A program made the position numbers and the translations under genes. The notes beneath the pieces were generated by a model. The model saw nothing but the letters and a program-made list of their open reading frames with translations. It did not search any database and was not told where the DNA came from. This document shows, one piece after another, positions 1 through 10,543 of a DNA stretch of 64,000 bases. Position 1 is the first letter of the stretch, and every line of letters starts with the position of its first letter. This stretch comes from Candidatus Heimdallarchaeota archaeon. GTDB taxonomy: Archaea; Asgardarchaeota; Heimdallarchaeia; Heimdallarchaeales; Heimdallarchaeaceae. Location: the NCBI GenBank assembly GCA_030603365.1, contig JAUVXV010000008.1, positions 85,388-149,387 of the forward strand, written 5' to 3'.

Positions 1-462
1 AGAAACAACAATTTTGGTTTCATCCTCAAAAGGTTCTATGATATACCCAAGTTTTCTACTGGAAAGAATTGCACATGCTTCTGCCGCTGCAAGTGGAGAT
101 AATTTACCTGATACATCCAAACCATTCTGTTTCATTAATCTTGAAAGAGAAGTAAATCCATGAATAGGTGACCCTGTGACTTGAATGAGTTTAGTTGTTG
201 GTAATAATTGGAGACATAGATGAGGAATCTGCGAGGGACTTTTCACTAATTCATAGATATTATCACTGGCAATATACATTGCTTGAGAGCTCTTTACAAT
301 AGCTATTAATTTCTGAAGATTCACTTTATCGAATTTCTGGATAACATTCTTGTTGGTTCCATCATAAACACAAACAGCATAATGAGCTCCTCTTGCTGCT
401 GATGTACTAGGAAGTATATCAACTCCAACAGAAATTATATCTGATTCCGATATTATTATCAC
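1..462 (-). CDS. DUF460-family protein (RNase H-like N-terminus), 3' end truncated by the window edge
   Basis: Not in the ORF track; translated by hand from GTG at 462, which overlaps the RIO2 TGA: IISVGVDILPS...HYAV...IASDNIYEL...IQVTG...LSPLAAAEACA...PFEDETKIVVS. This is the motif series of archaeal DUF460 proteins. Confidence 0.75.
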   Translation of the reverse strand, partial: MIIISESDIISVGVDILPSTSAARGAHYAVCVYDGTNKNVIQKFDKVNLQKLIAIVKSSQAMYIASDNIYELVKSPSQIPHLCLQLLPTTKLIQVTGSPIHGFTSLSRLMKQNGLDVSGKLSPLAAAEACAILSSRKLGYIIEPFEDETKIVVS

Positions 463-1361
463 CTCTTTTTCTTACCAATAATGTATTCTATCACAGTTTC
501 AGAATCATCTGTACTAACTCCCCATTTCTTACCAAAATAGTCTAAGAAATGGTCAAAATCCCGTCTCAAGAAGTTGTCTGCTTCTGGATGATCTATCTCA
601 ACAGCTTGAGGAAAATCAATTATTATGACCTGTTCATTTCTTTCATCAAACATTATATTGTACTCTGTTAGATCTGCGTGAACTAAGTTGTATTTCTGAT
701 AAAGCGTTTTAGCAAACTCAATTATCTTTTCGAGAACTTTGATTGGTTTTTTTATTTTTCTCACATTAATTAATTCAATACCTTCGATTACATTCATAGC
801 TATGATGTGACGATTATGGCCTTTCACATCTGGAATTGGTAAATTCTCATTCTGGAGTTTCTTTAGGATTGTAAATTCTCTCTTTGCTGATGAAGCAGCT
901 GTTGAGAATATGGAATAATGAAATCTTCCTTCCAAAAAATTTCTTTTTCGTTTAATTTGATGAAAACTTGCTCTACCTGTTCTATTTATTTTGAGCATAA
1001 TTTCATTATTATCGAAATCTATTGCATGATAAATGTCACTTTCTTTTCCTACTCCCCTAGAATTGCCAACGCCGTATACTATCTTCTTATTGTAAAGAGT
1101 GTTTAAAGCTAGTGCATCAAATCCAGATAAGGTTAAAGAATAACCTATGAAATAACCTGACCACCTTCGTATTAGTTTTAGTTTATTCAATTTTGATAAA
1201 ATTAAATCTACATCTTTAGCTCTATAACCAGAAAAAGTGACTATTTTGTCAACAGGAGCATATTCACCTTTACGTAAAAGAGTTTCAACCATATTCAATA
1301 CTCTGAAGTCCATATTTGATAGTTCTTTGAGAACTCTCGCTCCGCGTAAGGTTATAGGCAT
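459..1361 (-). CDS. rio2: RIO2-type serine/threonine kinase (ribosome biogenesis)
   Basis: N-terminal winged helix (DFRVL..VE; GYSLT..GFDALAL), GVGKESDIY, HADLTEYNI, IIDFPQ. Start moved to ATG 1361 because the longer ORF overlaps the divergent gene. Confidence 0.92.
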   Translation of the reverse strand: MPITLRGARVLKELSNMDFRVLNMVETLLRKGEYAPVDKIVTFSGYRAKDVDLILSKLNKLKLIRRWSGYFIGYSLTLSGFDALALNTLYNKKIVYGVGNSRGVGKESDIYHAIDFDNNEIMLKINRTGRASFHQIKRKRNFLEGRFHYSIFSTAASSAKREFTILKKLQNENLPIPDVKGHNRHIIAMNVIEGIELINVRKIKKPIKVLEKIIEFAKTLYQKYNLVHADLTEYNIMFDERNEQVIIIDFPQAVEIDHPEADNFLRRDFDHFLDYFGKKWGVSTDDSETVIEYIIGKKKR

Positions 1362-1415
1362 CAATATGTTGTAAGAGTAGGACTTAAAATTCTTTTCTTT
1401 CATAATGTTATTTAG

Positions 1416-1961
1416 ATGAATACCAAAAAGTTCGAGGTAGCACGAAGGTACAATGAAACAGCTGATGCTTATGACAAACGATATACAAAAATTCAACATA
1501 CAAAATTTAGAGAAGTTTTACCTGAGCTTGATTTTCAAAAACATGAAATAATTGTAGACATTGGAGGAGGGACTGGACTCCTAATTGATTTTTTAAAGGA
1601 TATTGAACAAAACATAATTGTATGTGATCTCTCTTATGAGATGCTGAAGATAGGAAAGAATAAACATAAGCGATGTCATTTTATTTGTGCTGATAGTGAA
1701 TCACTTCCTTTAAGGCAATCATGTTCTCAAAAAACGTTTTACTTCTCTGTATTGCAGAATCTAGAAGAATCAGATCAGACATTAAGAGAAGGTTTCAGAA
1801 TTCTACAAAATAATGGATACATTGTAGTAACTGCATTAACAAAAATCTTTGAAGAAGAAAAATTAAAGCAAATTCTAGAAAAGATTGAATTTAAAATCAA
1901 AAAAATATGGGTTCTCTCAATAGAGGATATAGCCGTTTTAGCGAAAAAAAAGAAGAAATAA
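1416..1961 (+). CDS. Class I SAM-dependent methyltransferase
   Basis: VDIGGGTG motif I, CDLSYEML, CADSESLP. Confidence 0.85.
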   Translation: MNTKKFEVARRYNETADAYDKRYTKIQHTKFREVLPELDFQKHEIIVDIGGGTGLLIDFLKDIEQNIIVCDLSYEMLKIGKNKHKRCHFICADSESLPLRQSCSQKTFYFSVLQNLEESDQTLREGFRILQNNGYIVVTALTKIFEEEKLKQILEKIEFKIKKIWVLSIEDIAVLAKKKKK

Positions 1962-1964
1962 AAA

Positions 1965-2246
1965 CTAAAGAATGGTAAGAATAATCTTATTTACTTTAGT
2001 CTTACAGACTTTTCTTACTCCATGAGCCCCAGGTTCATATCTTGATTCAAGTACTCCAGCTCTTTCCAGATATTTAATCTGAGCAGAAGTATTTGCTTCT
2101 GTTTGTTTCATTCTCTTAGCTATACTTGAAATGTCCATTTCTTTATCAAGCAGCAATTTCACGATATTAAACCTTGTAGGAGAAGATAAGGCTTTTGCTA
2201 GTGCAATTATTTGCTTCTCATCGCTTAGTTCTAGTGTTTCAGTCAA
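1965..2246 (-). CDS. ArsR-family HTH transcriptional regulator
   Basis: KALSSPTRFNIVKLL...ISSIA...LERAGVL...G.RKVC; TTG start. Confidence 0.85.
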   Translation of the reverse strand: MTETLELSDEKQIIALAKALSSPTRFNIVKLLLDKEMDISSIAKRMKQTEANTSAQIKYLERAGVLESRYEPGAHGVRKVCKTKVNKIILTIL

Positions 2247-2503
2247 TTCAAAACCACCCCATAAATTCAGATTATATTAAAATATCAATTATTTAAATAT
2301 ACTGCTCGGTAAACAAAAAAATGAGTAAAAGATTTATAAACCATAAAGGTGTAGGTTATTAATTTTTGATTTAATTTACTATTGCTTATTAATTCAAGTA
2401 GTTGTTTTAGCAACTGTATAAGAATCTTCCACATTAATAGTTAAATCTAAATACTGATTAAAGTGAATATTACCATACTCTAAGCAAGTAGGATGGAAAT
2501 CTC

Positions 2504-3616
2504 ATGAGTCTCACTATTGATGAAAAAATCACCAAAATTGAAGATGAGATTAGGGAAACCCCTAAAAATAAAGCTACAGAGAAGCATATTGGGGTTTTGA
2601 AATCTAAACTTGCTAAATGGAGAAGGAAAAAACTTGACCAACAGCTTTCATCAAAATCAGGGACAAGTTATGGATTTGATGTTAAAAAGGCTGGTGATGG
2701 CTCAGCTGTTCTCATAGGTTTCCCCTCAACAGGTAAGTCTACTTTGTTGTCCAATATTACAAGCAAAATATCAAAAATAGGTGCCTACGATTTTACAACT
2801 ACTACTGCCATTCCAGGCATAATGGAGCACCGAGGTACTCAAGTACAATTAATAGATCTTCCAGGTATAATTGAGGATGCTAGTAAGGGTAAAGGTAGAG
2901 GCAAAGAAATTTTAGCAGTTGCACGTAGTATAGATTTAATTGTTCTCCTTCTTGAATATAAGTATGCTGAAGAGATTTATTCGAAAATACTTAATGAATT
3001 GAGTAAAGTAGCAATTCGTCCAGGTCAAACTAAACCTGATATTAAAATTACAAAGAAAGAGAGAGGAGGTATAGCCCTCTCAACTATATCAAAATTAAAA
3101 CAGATGTCTGAACAAACTTTCGTAAATATACTTAGAGAATACAAGGTCATGAATGCTGCAGTTACAGTAAGATGTGATCCTACTATGGATGAATTAATTG
3201 ACGTACTTGAAGGAAACAGAGTTTATCCAAAACTTCTAATTGTAATAAATAAAATCGATTTAATTTCTGCTAGACAAATTACACGGTTGAGGAGAAAATT
3301 CCCAAATGCAGTTTTTATTAGTGCTCTCAAGGAAGAAAATCTCGATTTGCTAAAAGACACAATAATTGATGAATTGGAACTTATTCAAGTATATTTAAAG
3401 AAACAGAGAGCAAAGACTGATTATGAAGAACCTTTGATAATCACAAGTGGTTCTACAATTAAGGATGTTTGTAACAAAATCCATAGAAAATTTAAGAAAC
3501 AATTTCGTTATGCAGTGGTTTCAGGACCTAGCTCTAAGCATCCAAATCAGAGAGTTGGATTAGATCACACTATCCAAGAAGGCGATGTAATCACAATTAT
3601 TGTTAAACAATTTTAA
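2504..3616 (+). CDS. DRG/OBG-family GTPase with C-terminal TGS domain
   Basis: TPKNKATEKH, GFPSTGKS, YDFTT, DLPG, NKID, C-terminal QRVGLDH TGS domain. Confidence 0.93.
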   Translation: MSLTIDEKITKIEDEIRETPKNKATEKHIGVLKSKLAKWRRKKLDQQLSSKSGTSYGFDVKKAGDGSAVLIGFPSTGKSTLLSNITSKISKIGAYDFTTTTAIPGIMEHRGTQVQLIDLPGIIEDASKGKGRGKEILAVARSIDLIVLLLEYKYAEEIYSKILNELSKVAIRPGQTKPDIKITKKERGGIALSTISKLKQMSEQTFVNILREYKVMNAAVTVRCDPTMDELIDVLEGNRVYPKLLIVINKIDLISARQITRLRRKFPNAVFISALKEENLDLLKDTIIDELELIQVYLKKQRAKTDYEEPLIITSGSTIKDVCNKIHRKFKKQFRYAVVSGPSSKHPNQRVGLDHTIQEGDVITIIVKQF

Positions 3617-3628
3617 TTTAAGATATTC

Positions 3629-5188
3629 TTATTTTTGATAAGCTATTTTTCCACCGACTATTGTGTAGTTTATGTCCACATCATGAAATCTTTCAACATC
3701 AAGTTCATCTAAATTGTGACTGAGTATAACAATATCTGCAAGTTTTCCTTCTTCTATTGATCCTTTTAATCTCTCTTCCCCTGAGACTTTTGCAGGATAA
3801 AGAGTATAACATCTAATAGCTTCTTCGAGCGTTAATCTTAATTTCTTATTTGGATGAAATAATGCTCCTTTCATACCATATAGGGGGCCTAATGGCATTC
3901 CATCGCTTCCAAAAACAATCAGTTGATCATTATCTTGAACCCATCGGAAAGGATTATTGATCATTGTTCGTTCTGTTCCTATTCTTTGCTCATACATCCC
4001 ATTAACGCCAACCATTCCCCATCTCCAAACAAAGTTAGGTTGCATTGAATAAACTAAGCCGTATTCCTTGGATCGTTCTATATCTTCCAATAATAGAAGT
4101 TCTGCATGTTCTATTCGGTGGAGAGCTTGTCTGCATTCTTCTGGTTTAATATTTTTCATAATTGCTGTTATCAGATTTGATATTGCTTTATCGCCTATTG
4201 CATGTGCTGCGATTTGAATATTAGCCTTATGCACTTTACTAACCATCTCATCTAATCTTTGCTCATCATAAAGAGCAAATCCTTTTTCACCCTCTAAATC
4301 AGAATAATCATCAAAAAGATAAGCTGTTCTAGAGCTGATAGCTCCATCAGTCATCAGTTTGCATGCGCCTATCCTAAACCATTTATCTCCAAAATCTCTT
4401 TGTAATCGTAATTTTATTGCTTCATCAATCATATCTTCGTAAATAATTCCGTAAATTCTGATCAATAATTCTTTTTTGTCAGAGAGATATTTGTAGGCTG
4501 GAAGATTCTCAAATGTGATATTATCATGAACAGATGTTATCCCTAAACTTAAACACTCATCCATTCCGAACTTCAATCCTTTTATAAAATCATCAAATTT
4601 GGGTCTAATTTCTGTTTTACCTGAAAGTTCTACATCTCTCAAAGTACCTGTTGGGTTTCCCTGTTCATCAACGTCTACTCCCTTTTGATTAATGTCAAGA
4701 GCTAAACGTTGAAAACCAAGAGTATTTACGGTTTCAAAGTGACCCGAAACATGTCGAAGAATCACCGGATTTTCAGGGCTTACTGGGTCTAAATCTTCAG
4801 CTGTAATGTAACGCTGTTCTGACCAATTGCTTTGATCCCATGACCTTCCAATAATCCACTCACCAGTCTCTTTTTTTTCTACCTCTTGCTGAACAAGATC
4901 TATTGCTTCTTGTAAGCTTTTAGTAGATCCTAAATCCAAGTAAATTTTATTCATTCCATTCCAGGCAATATGTGTATGAGCATCTATAAACCCTGGAATA
5001 ACAGTTTCATAATTCAGATTGATAACCTTAGTTTCTGGACCAATTAGTGTTTCAATTTCTTCATTGCTACCAACTTTTAAAATGGTATCTTGATAAACTG
5101 CTATTGCTTCAGCTCTAGGTTGCTTTTCATTTATTGTCCATACATTTGCTTTTTGAATAATAAAATCTGCAAACAGCTGTTTCGACAT
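3629..5188 (-). CDS. YtcJ-like metal-dependent amidohydrolase
   Basis: PGFIDAHTH, HAIGD, RIEHA, GSD, GKLADIV. Confidence 0.9.
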   Translation of the reverse strand: MSKQLFADFIIQKANVWTINEKQPRAEAIAVYQDTILKVGSNEEIETLIGPETKVINLNYETVIPGFIDAHTHIAWNGMNKIYLDLGSTKSLQEAIDLVQQEVEKKETGEWIIGRSWDQSNWSEQRYITAEDLDPVSPENPVILRHVSGHFETVNTLGFQRLALDINQKGVDVDEQGNPTGTLRDVELSGKTEIRPKFDDFIKGLKFGMDECLSLGITSVHDNITFENLPAYKYLSDKKELLIRIYGIIYEDMIDEAIKLRLQRDFGDKWFRIGACKLMTDGAISSRTAYLFDDYSDLEGEKGFALYDEQRLDEMVSKVHKANIQIAAHAIGDKAISNLITAIMKNIKPEECRQALHRIEHAELLLLEDIERSKEYGLVYSMQPNFVWRWGMVGVNGMYEQRIGTERTMINNPFRWVQDNDQLIVFGSDGMPLGPLYGMKGALFHPNKKLRLTLEEAIRCYTLYPAKVSGEERLKGSIEEGKLADIVILSHNLDELDVERFHDVDINYTIVGGKIAYQK

Positions 5189-5290
5189 AAATGCACATAT
5201 TTCATTGCAGTTTTAAATTCTACTGTCTAGTGAAAGGTAAAATAGAAAGAAAATAATATATATTGACTATTTCCTTTCATCAAGGGAACA

Positions 5291-6187
5291 ATGACAAAAA
5301 TTGCTATCATATCTACCGATAATAGATTTGAAGGAACTGTTCAAGCAATTGACCTTCTTGGAATTAATCCAGTAGAAGGAAAAGAAGTTATTCTAAAACC
5401 AAATTTCAATACAGCTGATCCACCACCTGCTTCCTCATCTGTTGAAACACTAAAATCATTAATTATCAAATTAAAACAAATGGGTGCCAAGTCTATCACT
5501 TTAGCTGAGAGAAGTGGCCCTACTGATACACGTAAGTGTTTTGAACAGAAAGGTATGTTTGAACTTGCAAAGGAATTAGAATTTGAGCTCGTGAACCTAG
5601 CAGAACTACCAGTAGAAGAATTCGTTCTTTTAACTCCTGAAAATAGTTATTGGAATGAAGGGTTTCTATTTCCTAAAATATATCACAATGCTGAATGCAT
5701 AGTTGAAACTTGTTGCCTCAAAACACATCAATTTGGTGGTCATTTCACAATGGCACTCAAGAATGCCACAGGTTTGGTACCAAAAAGAAATCTTAATGGT
5801 ACTGCATATATGCAAGTTTTGCATAATTCTGAAAACCCAAGAAAGATGATAGCAGATATTAATAGTGTTTTTTCTCCTGATTTGATTGTTCTAGATGGAG
5901 TCTCTGCATTTGTTGATGGAGGTCCAGCTAGAGGAACACAAAAGGAACCTAATATTATGATGGCTGGAACAGATAGAATCGCGATAGATGCAGTTGGTGT
6001 AGCTATTTTGAGAATGCTAGGAACAACTCCTGAGGTTAGTGAAGGTAAGATATTCGAGCAAGAACAAATAGCCCGAGCAGTTGAACTAGGTATAGGTGTA
6101 AGTTCAGCCAAGGAAATAGAAATATTAACTAATAGTGATCAAGCTAACAATATGGCTGAAAAAATCTATGAACAGCTACTCAAATAG
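5291..6187 (+). CDS. DUF362 domain protein
   Basis: ILKPNF, LKTH, TMALKN, D.IAIDAV motifs. Confidence 0.85.
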   Translation: MTKIAIISTDNRFEGTVQAIDLLGINPVEGKEVILKPNFNTADPPPASSSVETLKSLIIKLKQMGAKSITLAERSGPTDTRKCFEQKGMFELAKELEFELVNLAELPVEEFVLLTPENSYWNEGFLFPKIYHNAECIVETCCLKTHQFGGHFTMALKNATGLVPKRNLNGTAYMQVLHNSENPRKMIADINSVFSPDLIVLDGVSAFVDGGPARGTQKEPNIMMAGTDRIAIDAVGVAILRMLGTTPEVSEGKIFEQEQIARAVELGIGVSSAKEIEILTNSDQANNMAEKIYEQLLK

Positions 6188-6270
6188 AATTAAACATTCA
6201 TTTATAGTGCTAGATATTTTAGCTATCAATGCTAAGATGATAAAGAATCATATACAAAAGTGAAGATATA

Positions 6271-7635
6271 ATGCCGGGAATAGATACCGAACTTGGTCCA
6301 CCAGCTGAATCAGCTAATATTATAGATGTTCTCAGAGCTCCAGAAACTAGAGAAGTTCTAGCTTTCCTTCTTTCCCAATTTTTAGCATTTGCAGTTTATA
6401 TGTCAATACGACAACTCTTTCCTTTGTATCTGTTAGAAAAAGAATCATCACATTTTGTAAATTTCTCAAGTTCAACATATATTCAAAACTTAACTCCCTT
6501 AAACCTAGAAGAATATTCTAGAACTATTGAAATAGCAGTTCTTGCAAAATGGGGGATTATAGCTACAGCATATACATTTGCAGGTTTATTTGGAAGAATT
6601 CCAAGTGGATGGCTTATTGAAAAATTCGGCAGGAAACCAATTATTTTTTCATCATTTGTCTTAATGATTATTTCAGTAGGTTGCTTAGCTTTTACAGAAA
6701 ATACGGCTCTTTTAGCATTCCTGTTTATCATACTTAGATTAACAAACAATACTTTTGGATTATCGAGTAGATCACTTCTATCAGATCTTAAAACAAGGTA
6801 TAAGGGGTTGTATAATTCATTAATCTCAAGTTCAGGAAGACTTGGCAATCTTATTGGTACTTTATGTTTAGGATTTGTTCTTAATTTCTTTCCTGGATAT
6901 GTGATGATACTATGTGGTTTAGCTCTTTCGATTGTAGGTTTTGCAGCTTTTCAACTTGTTTTTGTAAAGGGTAAAGCTGAAACCATTCATTTTATACGAA
7001 GGGTAGATATTAAAATGGGTAAGAAAGAAAAATTAGATTTTAAGATATTTACCTCTAAAACGTTCATATTCTTTACTTTAAGTTTCATAATATTTGGTTT
7101 GATATCGGGGATTACTGATCCAATACTAGCAATTTATGGAAATAAATTAGAACTCTCTGAAAGTACTATCGGGATAATTCTAGGTTTATCCCAACTAAGT
7201 TTCATCATCATATCACCATTTGTTGGATGGATGATTTCAAGTAAACCAAAAATAACTGATAGTCTTCTTCTAGTATCTACTATTATTCTATTGTGTAACT
7301 ATTTGTTGATATATTTAGTTCCAAATAATACTGCAATCTACACAGTGATTCTCTTTGGAAAAAATATAGGGCATGCATTGTTCTTTCCTGTAGTTTTTAC
7401 TATACTAACGTATGAACTTCCAAAGGCTCATTTCTCTTTAATTTACTCAATTTTAACTACAGGGTTCTTTCTAGGGATTACTGGGACAGCTTATCTCTCA
7501 ACTTATTTATATCTAATATCAGAAACATTACCCTGGCTTTTTGCATTTATTTCCACAATTGCATTAGCAATTACGGTTCTAATTTACATACTTGTAAAAA
7601 GAACATCAAAAGAGAAGCAGCAAAATAAATCATAA
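6271..7635 (+). CDS. MFS transporter
   Basis: About 12 hydrophobic segments; motif A-like GWLIEKFGRK. Confidence 0.85.
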   Translation: MPGIDTELGPPAESANIIDVLRAPETREVLAFLLSQFLAFAVYMSIRQLFPLYLLEKESSHFVNFSSSTYIQNLTPLNLEEYSRTIEIAVLAKWGIIATAYTFAGLFGRIPSGWLIEKFGRKPIIFSSFVLMIISVGCLAFTENTALLAFLFIILRLTNNTFGLSSRSLLSDLKTRYKGLYNSLISSSGRLGNLIGTLCLGFVLNFFPGYVMILCGLALSIVGFAAFQLVFVKGKAETIHFIRRVDIKMGKKEKLDFKIFTSKTFIFFTLSFIIFGLISGITDPILAIYGNKLELSESTIGIILGLSQLSFIIISPFVGWMISSKPKITDSLLLVSTIILLCNYLLIYLVPNNTAIYTVILFGKNIGHALFFPVVFTILTYELPKAHFSLIYSILTTGFFLGITGTAYLSTYLYLISETLPWLFAFISTIALAITVLIYILVKRTSKEKQQNKS

Positions 7636-7679
7636 ACTCATGATTTTCTTGATTTTGAGGTGTTTAAATAGCTGAGTTT

Positions 7680-8774
7680 ATGTTAAATAGTGTGTCAATT
7701 GAGATAGAAAACTTGTATAAGGAATACCAGAAAAAAGGGAAGAAAATAGTTGCTTTAAACAATGTTTCATTAAATATTAAAGAGGGAGAATTTATAGGAC
7801 TGCTAGGACCTAATGGAGCAGGAAAAACCACTTTAACAAAGATTCTAACAACTCTTCTTCTTCCTACATCAGGTGAAGCTTATATCAATGATATTTCAAT
7901 AAAAGAAGACAAAAAAATTCGGAAGATAGTTGGAGCTGTTTTTGGAGAAACAGGGGGTAGAAGTTTATATTATCGTCTTTCTATTGAAGACAATCTTCTG
8001 TTCTATAGTACCCTTAGTGGTTTGAGTAAGGATGTAGCAAGGAAAAGAATATCTTCATTATTGAATTATTTTGATTTAGAAGATAAAAGAAAAACCTTAG
8101 TCATGAAACTTTCAACAGGAATGAAAGCTAAAGTGCTTTTAATTAGGGCATTAATTCCTTTTCCTAAAATTCTTCTGCTTGATGAACCAACACTAGGATT
8201 CGATGCAGAAAGCTCTGAAAAAGCAAAAGATCTTCTTAATGAATTTAATAGAGAGTTCGGAACCACTATTCTTCTAACAAGCCATAATTTTCCTGAAATT
8301 GATGAACTAACCTCACGTTTGATTCTAATAGACAGTGGAGACATAGTTGAAGATTGTCCTCCTAATATCTTCAAGAAAACAGCTGTTCAAGAATATGTGC
8401 ACTTAATGTTTTCCTTACCTCCTCTACCCTCAGATGGATTTGGAATGTCTAAGCTTCCAACAGAAATTTTCAAGAAACTTGTAAAAGATCAAGCAGGAGC
8501 TGACATATTATCTTTGAAAGTGAAGGATAGTTTCAATTTTGTATTTGAAGCAACAATACAACCTATAACATATCCCTTGAATGAAACAATATCTCGTATA
8601 ACAGTCTTAATTCTTCGAGCAAGTGGTGAAATCTTCAAAATTGCTCCCTATATGCCAAGTTTAAAAGAATCATTTTTAGCCTTTCTTGCTCTTAATAAGC
8701 AAGAATCACTTGAAAACAAGGAAACCGACTTAAATGAAATATTCACTTTTCCAATCCAAGAGGAGGATGTATAA
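7680..8774 (+). CDS. ABC-2-type exporter, ATP-binding subunit
   Basis: GPNGAGKTT, LSTGM signature variant, LLLDEPT, TSH. Confidence 0.92.
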   Translation: MLNSVSIEIENLYKEYQKKGKKIVALNNVSLNIKEGEFIGLLGPNGAGKTTLTKILTTLLLPTSGEAYINDISIKEDKKIRKIVGAVFGETGGRSLYYRLSIEDNLLFYSTLSGLSKDVARKRISSLLNYFDLEDKRKTLVMKLSTGMKAKVLLIRALIPFPKILLLDEPTLGFDAESSEKAKDLLNEFNREFGTTILLTSHNFPEIDELTSRLILIDSGDIVEDCPPNIFKKTAVQEYVHLMFSLPPLPSDGFGMSKLPTEIFKKLVKDQAGADILSLKVKDSFNFVFEATIQPITYPLNETISRITVLILRASGEIFKIAPYMPSLKESFLAFLALNKQESLENKETDLNEIFTFPIQEEDV

Positions 8775-8788
8775 CTATTACTCATCAA

Positions 8789-9640
8789 TTGGTGGATGTT
8801 CTCGAGTCCTTTAGTTATACTACTAAGAAATCAGCTTTTTACTCTCGAATCAATGTTATTTTTAAATCAAGAATTAAGATGGCTTTAAGCTACAAAAGTA
8901 GTTATTTTATGACTATTTTTTTGAATCTTGTTACACTAGTAATGTACTTCTTTTTTAGTAAACTCAACCCAGATTTAACTATTTTTGGTATTTCATCAAC
9001 CTATGTAGAATTTTGTTTTCTTGGATTGAGCTTACAAATGATAATAGGTACTACACTTTCAACTGTGAGTGCAAGTATCTACAATGAGATAATATCTGGA
9101 ACCTGGTCTTCTCTTTTAGTTAATTTCAGTTTCTTTGAATATTCGATAGGAAGTACTCTTGCAGGAGTAACACTATCATCAATTTCAGTTTTCATAGCTT
9201 TATTCTTAGCTTTTCTTTTCATGGGATCATTTTATGTGATTTCTTTACAAGAGGTTTTAATCATCATAATGCTATTTGTTCTTATTTTACTTTCACACAT
9301 GGTCGTTTCAATGGTCTTTGCATCATTTACAATATTCTATCAAAAAAACAGTGGATTAATACCACTTCTTTATCAATTATCTAAAACTTTTACAGGTGTA
9401 GTTTTTCCAATTGCTTTGCTTAAAGGATTTCCTATGTTTCTTTCAAGAGTTTTACCTCTAACGTATGGATTGGAAGCATTACAATCTATCGCTTTAAATG
9501 ACACTTCAAATTGGAGGTTAATTTTCACCAATAGTGCAATTTTGATCGGTATCACCTTAATCTTAGGTGTATTGTCCTATTTTCTAGTCGTAAAGAGTAT
9601 TAAAAACTCTAAATTGAAAAACAAGGTGGATTGGTACTAA
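8789..9640 (+). CDS. ABC-2-type exporter permease
   Basis: About 6 TM segments; E..SGT, GVVFPI..L...LPLTYG pattern. Confidence 0.85.
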   Translation: MVDVLESFSYTTKKSAFYSRINVIFKSRIKMALSYKSSYFMTIFLNLVTLVMYFFFSKLNPDLTIFGISSTYVEFCFLGLSLQMIIGTTLSTVSASIYNEIISGTWSSLLVNFSFFEYSIGSTLAGVTLSSISVFIALFLAFLFMGSFYVISLQEVLIIIMLFVLILLSHMVVSMVFASFTIFYQKNSGLIPLLYQLSKTFTGVVFPIALLKGFPMFLSRVLPLTYGLEALQSIALNDTSNWRLIFTNSAILIGITLILGVLSYFLVVKSIKNSKLKNKVDWY

Positions 9641-10524
9641 TTTCAACAAAACGGACTAAAGGAGTAATTGAACAATTTAACCATACAGAAGTATCTCTAA
9701 GTTTTCTTAGTGGTTTTAAAGCAACATTCGCTAGAAACATACGTATCATTTGGCAGTATAAGTTTACACTCCTAATTGGGTTTGTTAATACATTTACTGT
9801 TGCTAGCCTATTTTATTATGTAGCGAATTTAGTTCCCAATCTGCTAATAAGTCAAGATAATTACGTTGTTAGTAGTATACCATTTATTTTTGCAGGAAGC
9901 ATGCTAGTGGATATATCAACACGAATCTTGATGAAATCAATGAATAGTTTCACAAGTGAAATGAGACAAGGAACTTTTGAAACACTTGCAACTCAACCTT
10001 TTGGTTTAAAGAAATATTTCATTTCAGAGATTACTTTCGAGGTATTGTATAGCTTAATCTTCTCAATTATTTACTATATTCCAGTATTATTTATCTTCCC
10101 TATATTCACTGGAATATCAGTCAATGTTTACTCAGCACTTTCTTTCCTACTTATCATTGTATTTGTACTCTTATTTTTCTTTTCTCTATCTCTATTAGCA
10201 GCCAATATCACTATATTGGTAAAGAGAGGAAGAGAGATTTCTATGGTCCTTATAGGAGTTATACACCTTCTAAGCGGAAGTCTCTTTCCTCTCTCGCTAT
10301 TCCCAGAATGGTTAAGAATAATAGCATATTTTTCACCAATGACGTTAGCAGTTCAGGCATTTAGATTATGCTTATTTGGAGGAGGAACAATAGGAGATTT
10401 CCATGTATGGTTATCTTTAATTGTTCTGATAGTTTCATCTCTAATTATCCTTTTACTTTTTAATTTTACGTACAAAAAAATCTATAATCGAATAAGAATG
10501 AAGGGGACAATCCATGAATTCTGA
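9631..10524 (+). CDS. ABC-2-type exporter permease (second subunit)
   Basis: EMRQGTFE, LSGSLFPLSLFPEWL, SPMT; overlaps the upstream permease. Confidence 0.87.
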   Translation: MVLISTKRTKGVIEQFNHTEVSLSFLSGFKATFARNIRIIWQYKFTLLIGFVNTFTVASLFYYVANLVPNLLISQDNYVVSSIPFIFAGSMLVDISTRILMKSMNSFTSEMRQGTFETLATQPFGLKKYFISEITFEVLYSLIFSIIYYIPVLFIFPIFTGISVNVYSALSFLLIIVFVLLFFFSLSLLAANITILVKRGREISMVLIGVIHLLSGSLFPLSLFPEWLRIIAYFSPMTLAVQAFRLCLFGGGTIGDFHVWLSLIVLIVSSLIILLLFNFTYKKIYNRIRMKGTIHEF

Positions 10525-10543
10525 AAGAGGAAAAATATTTTGT

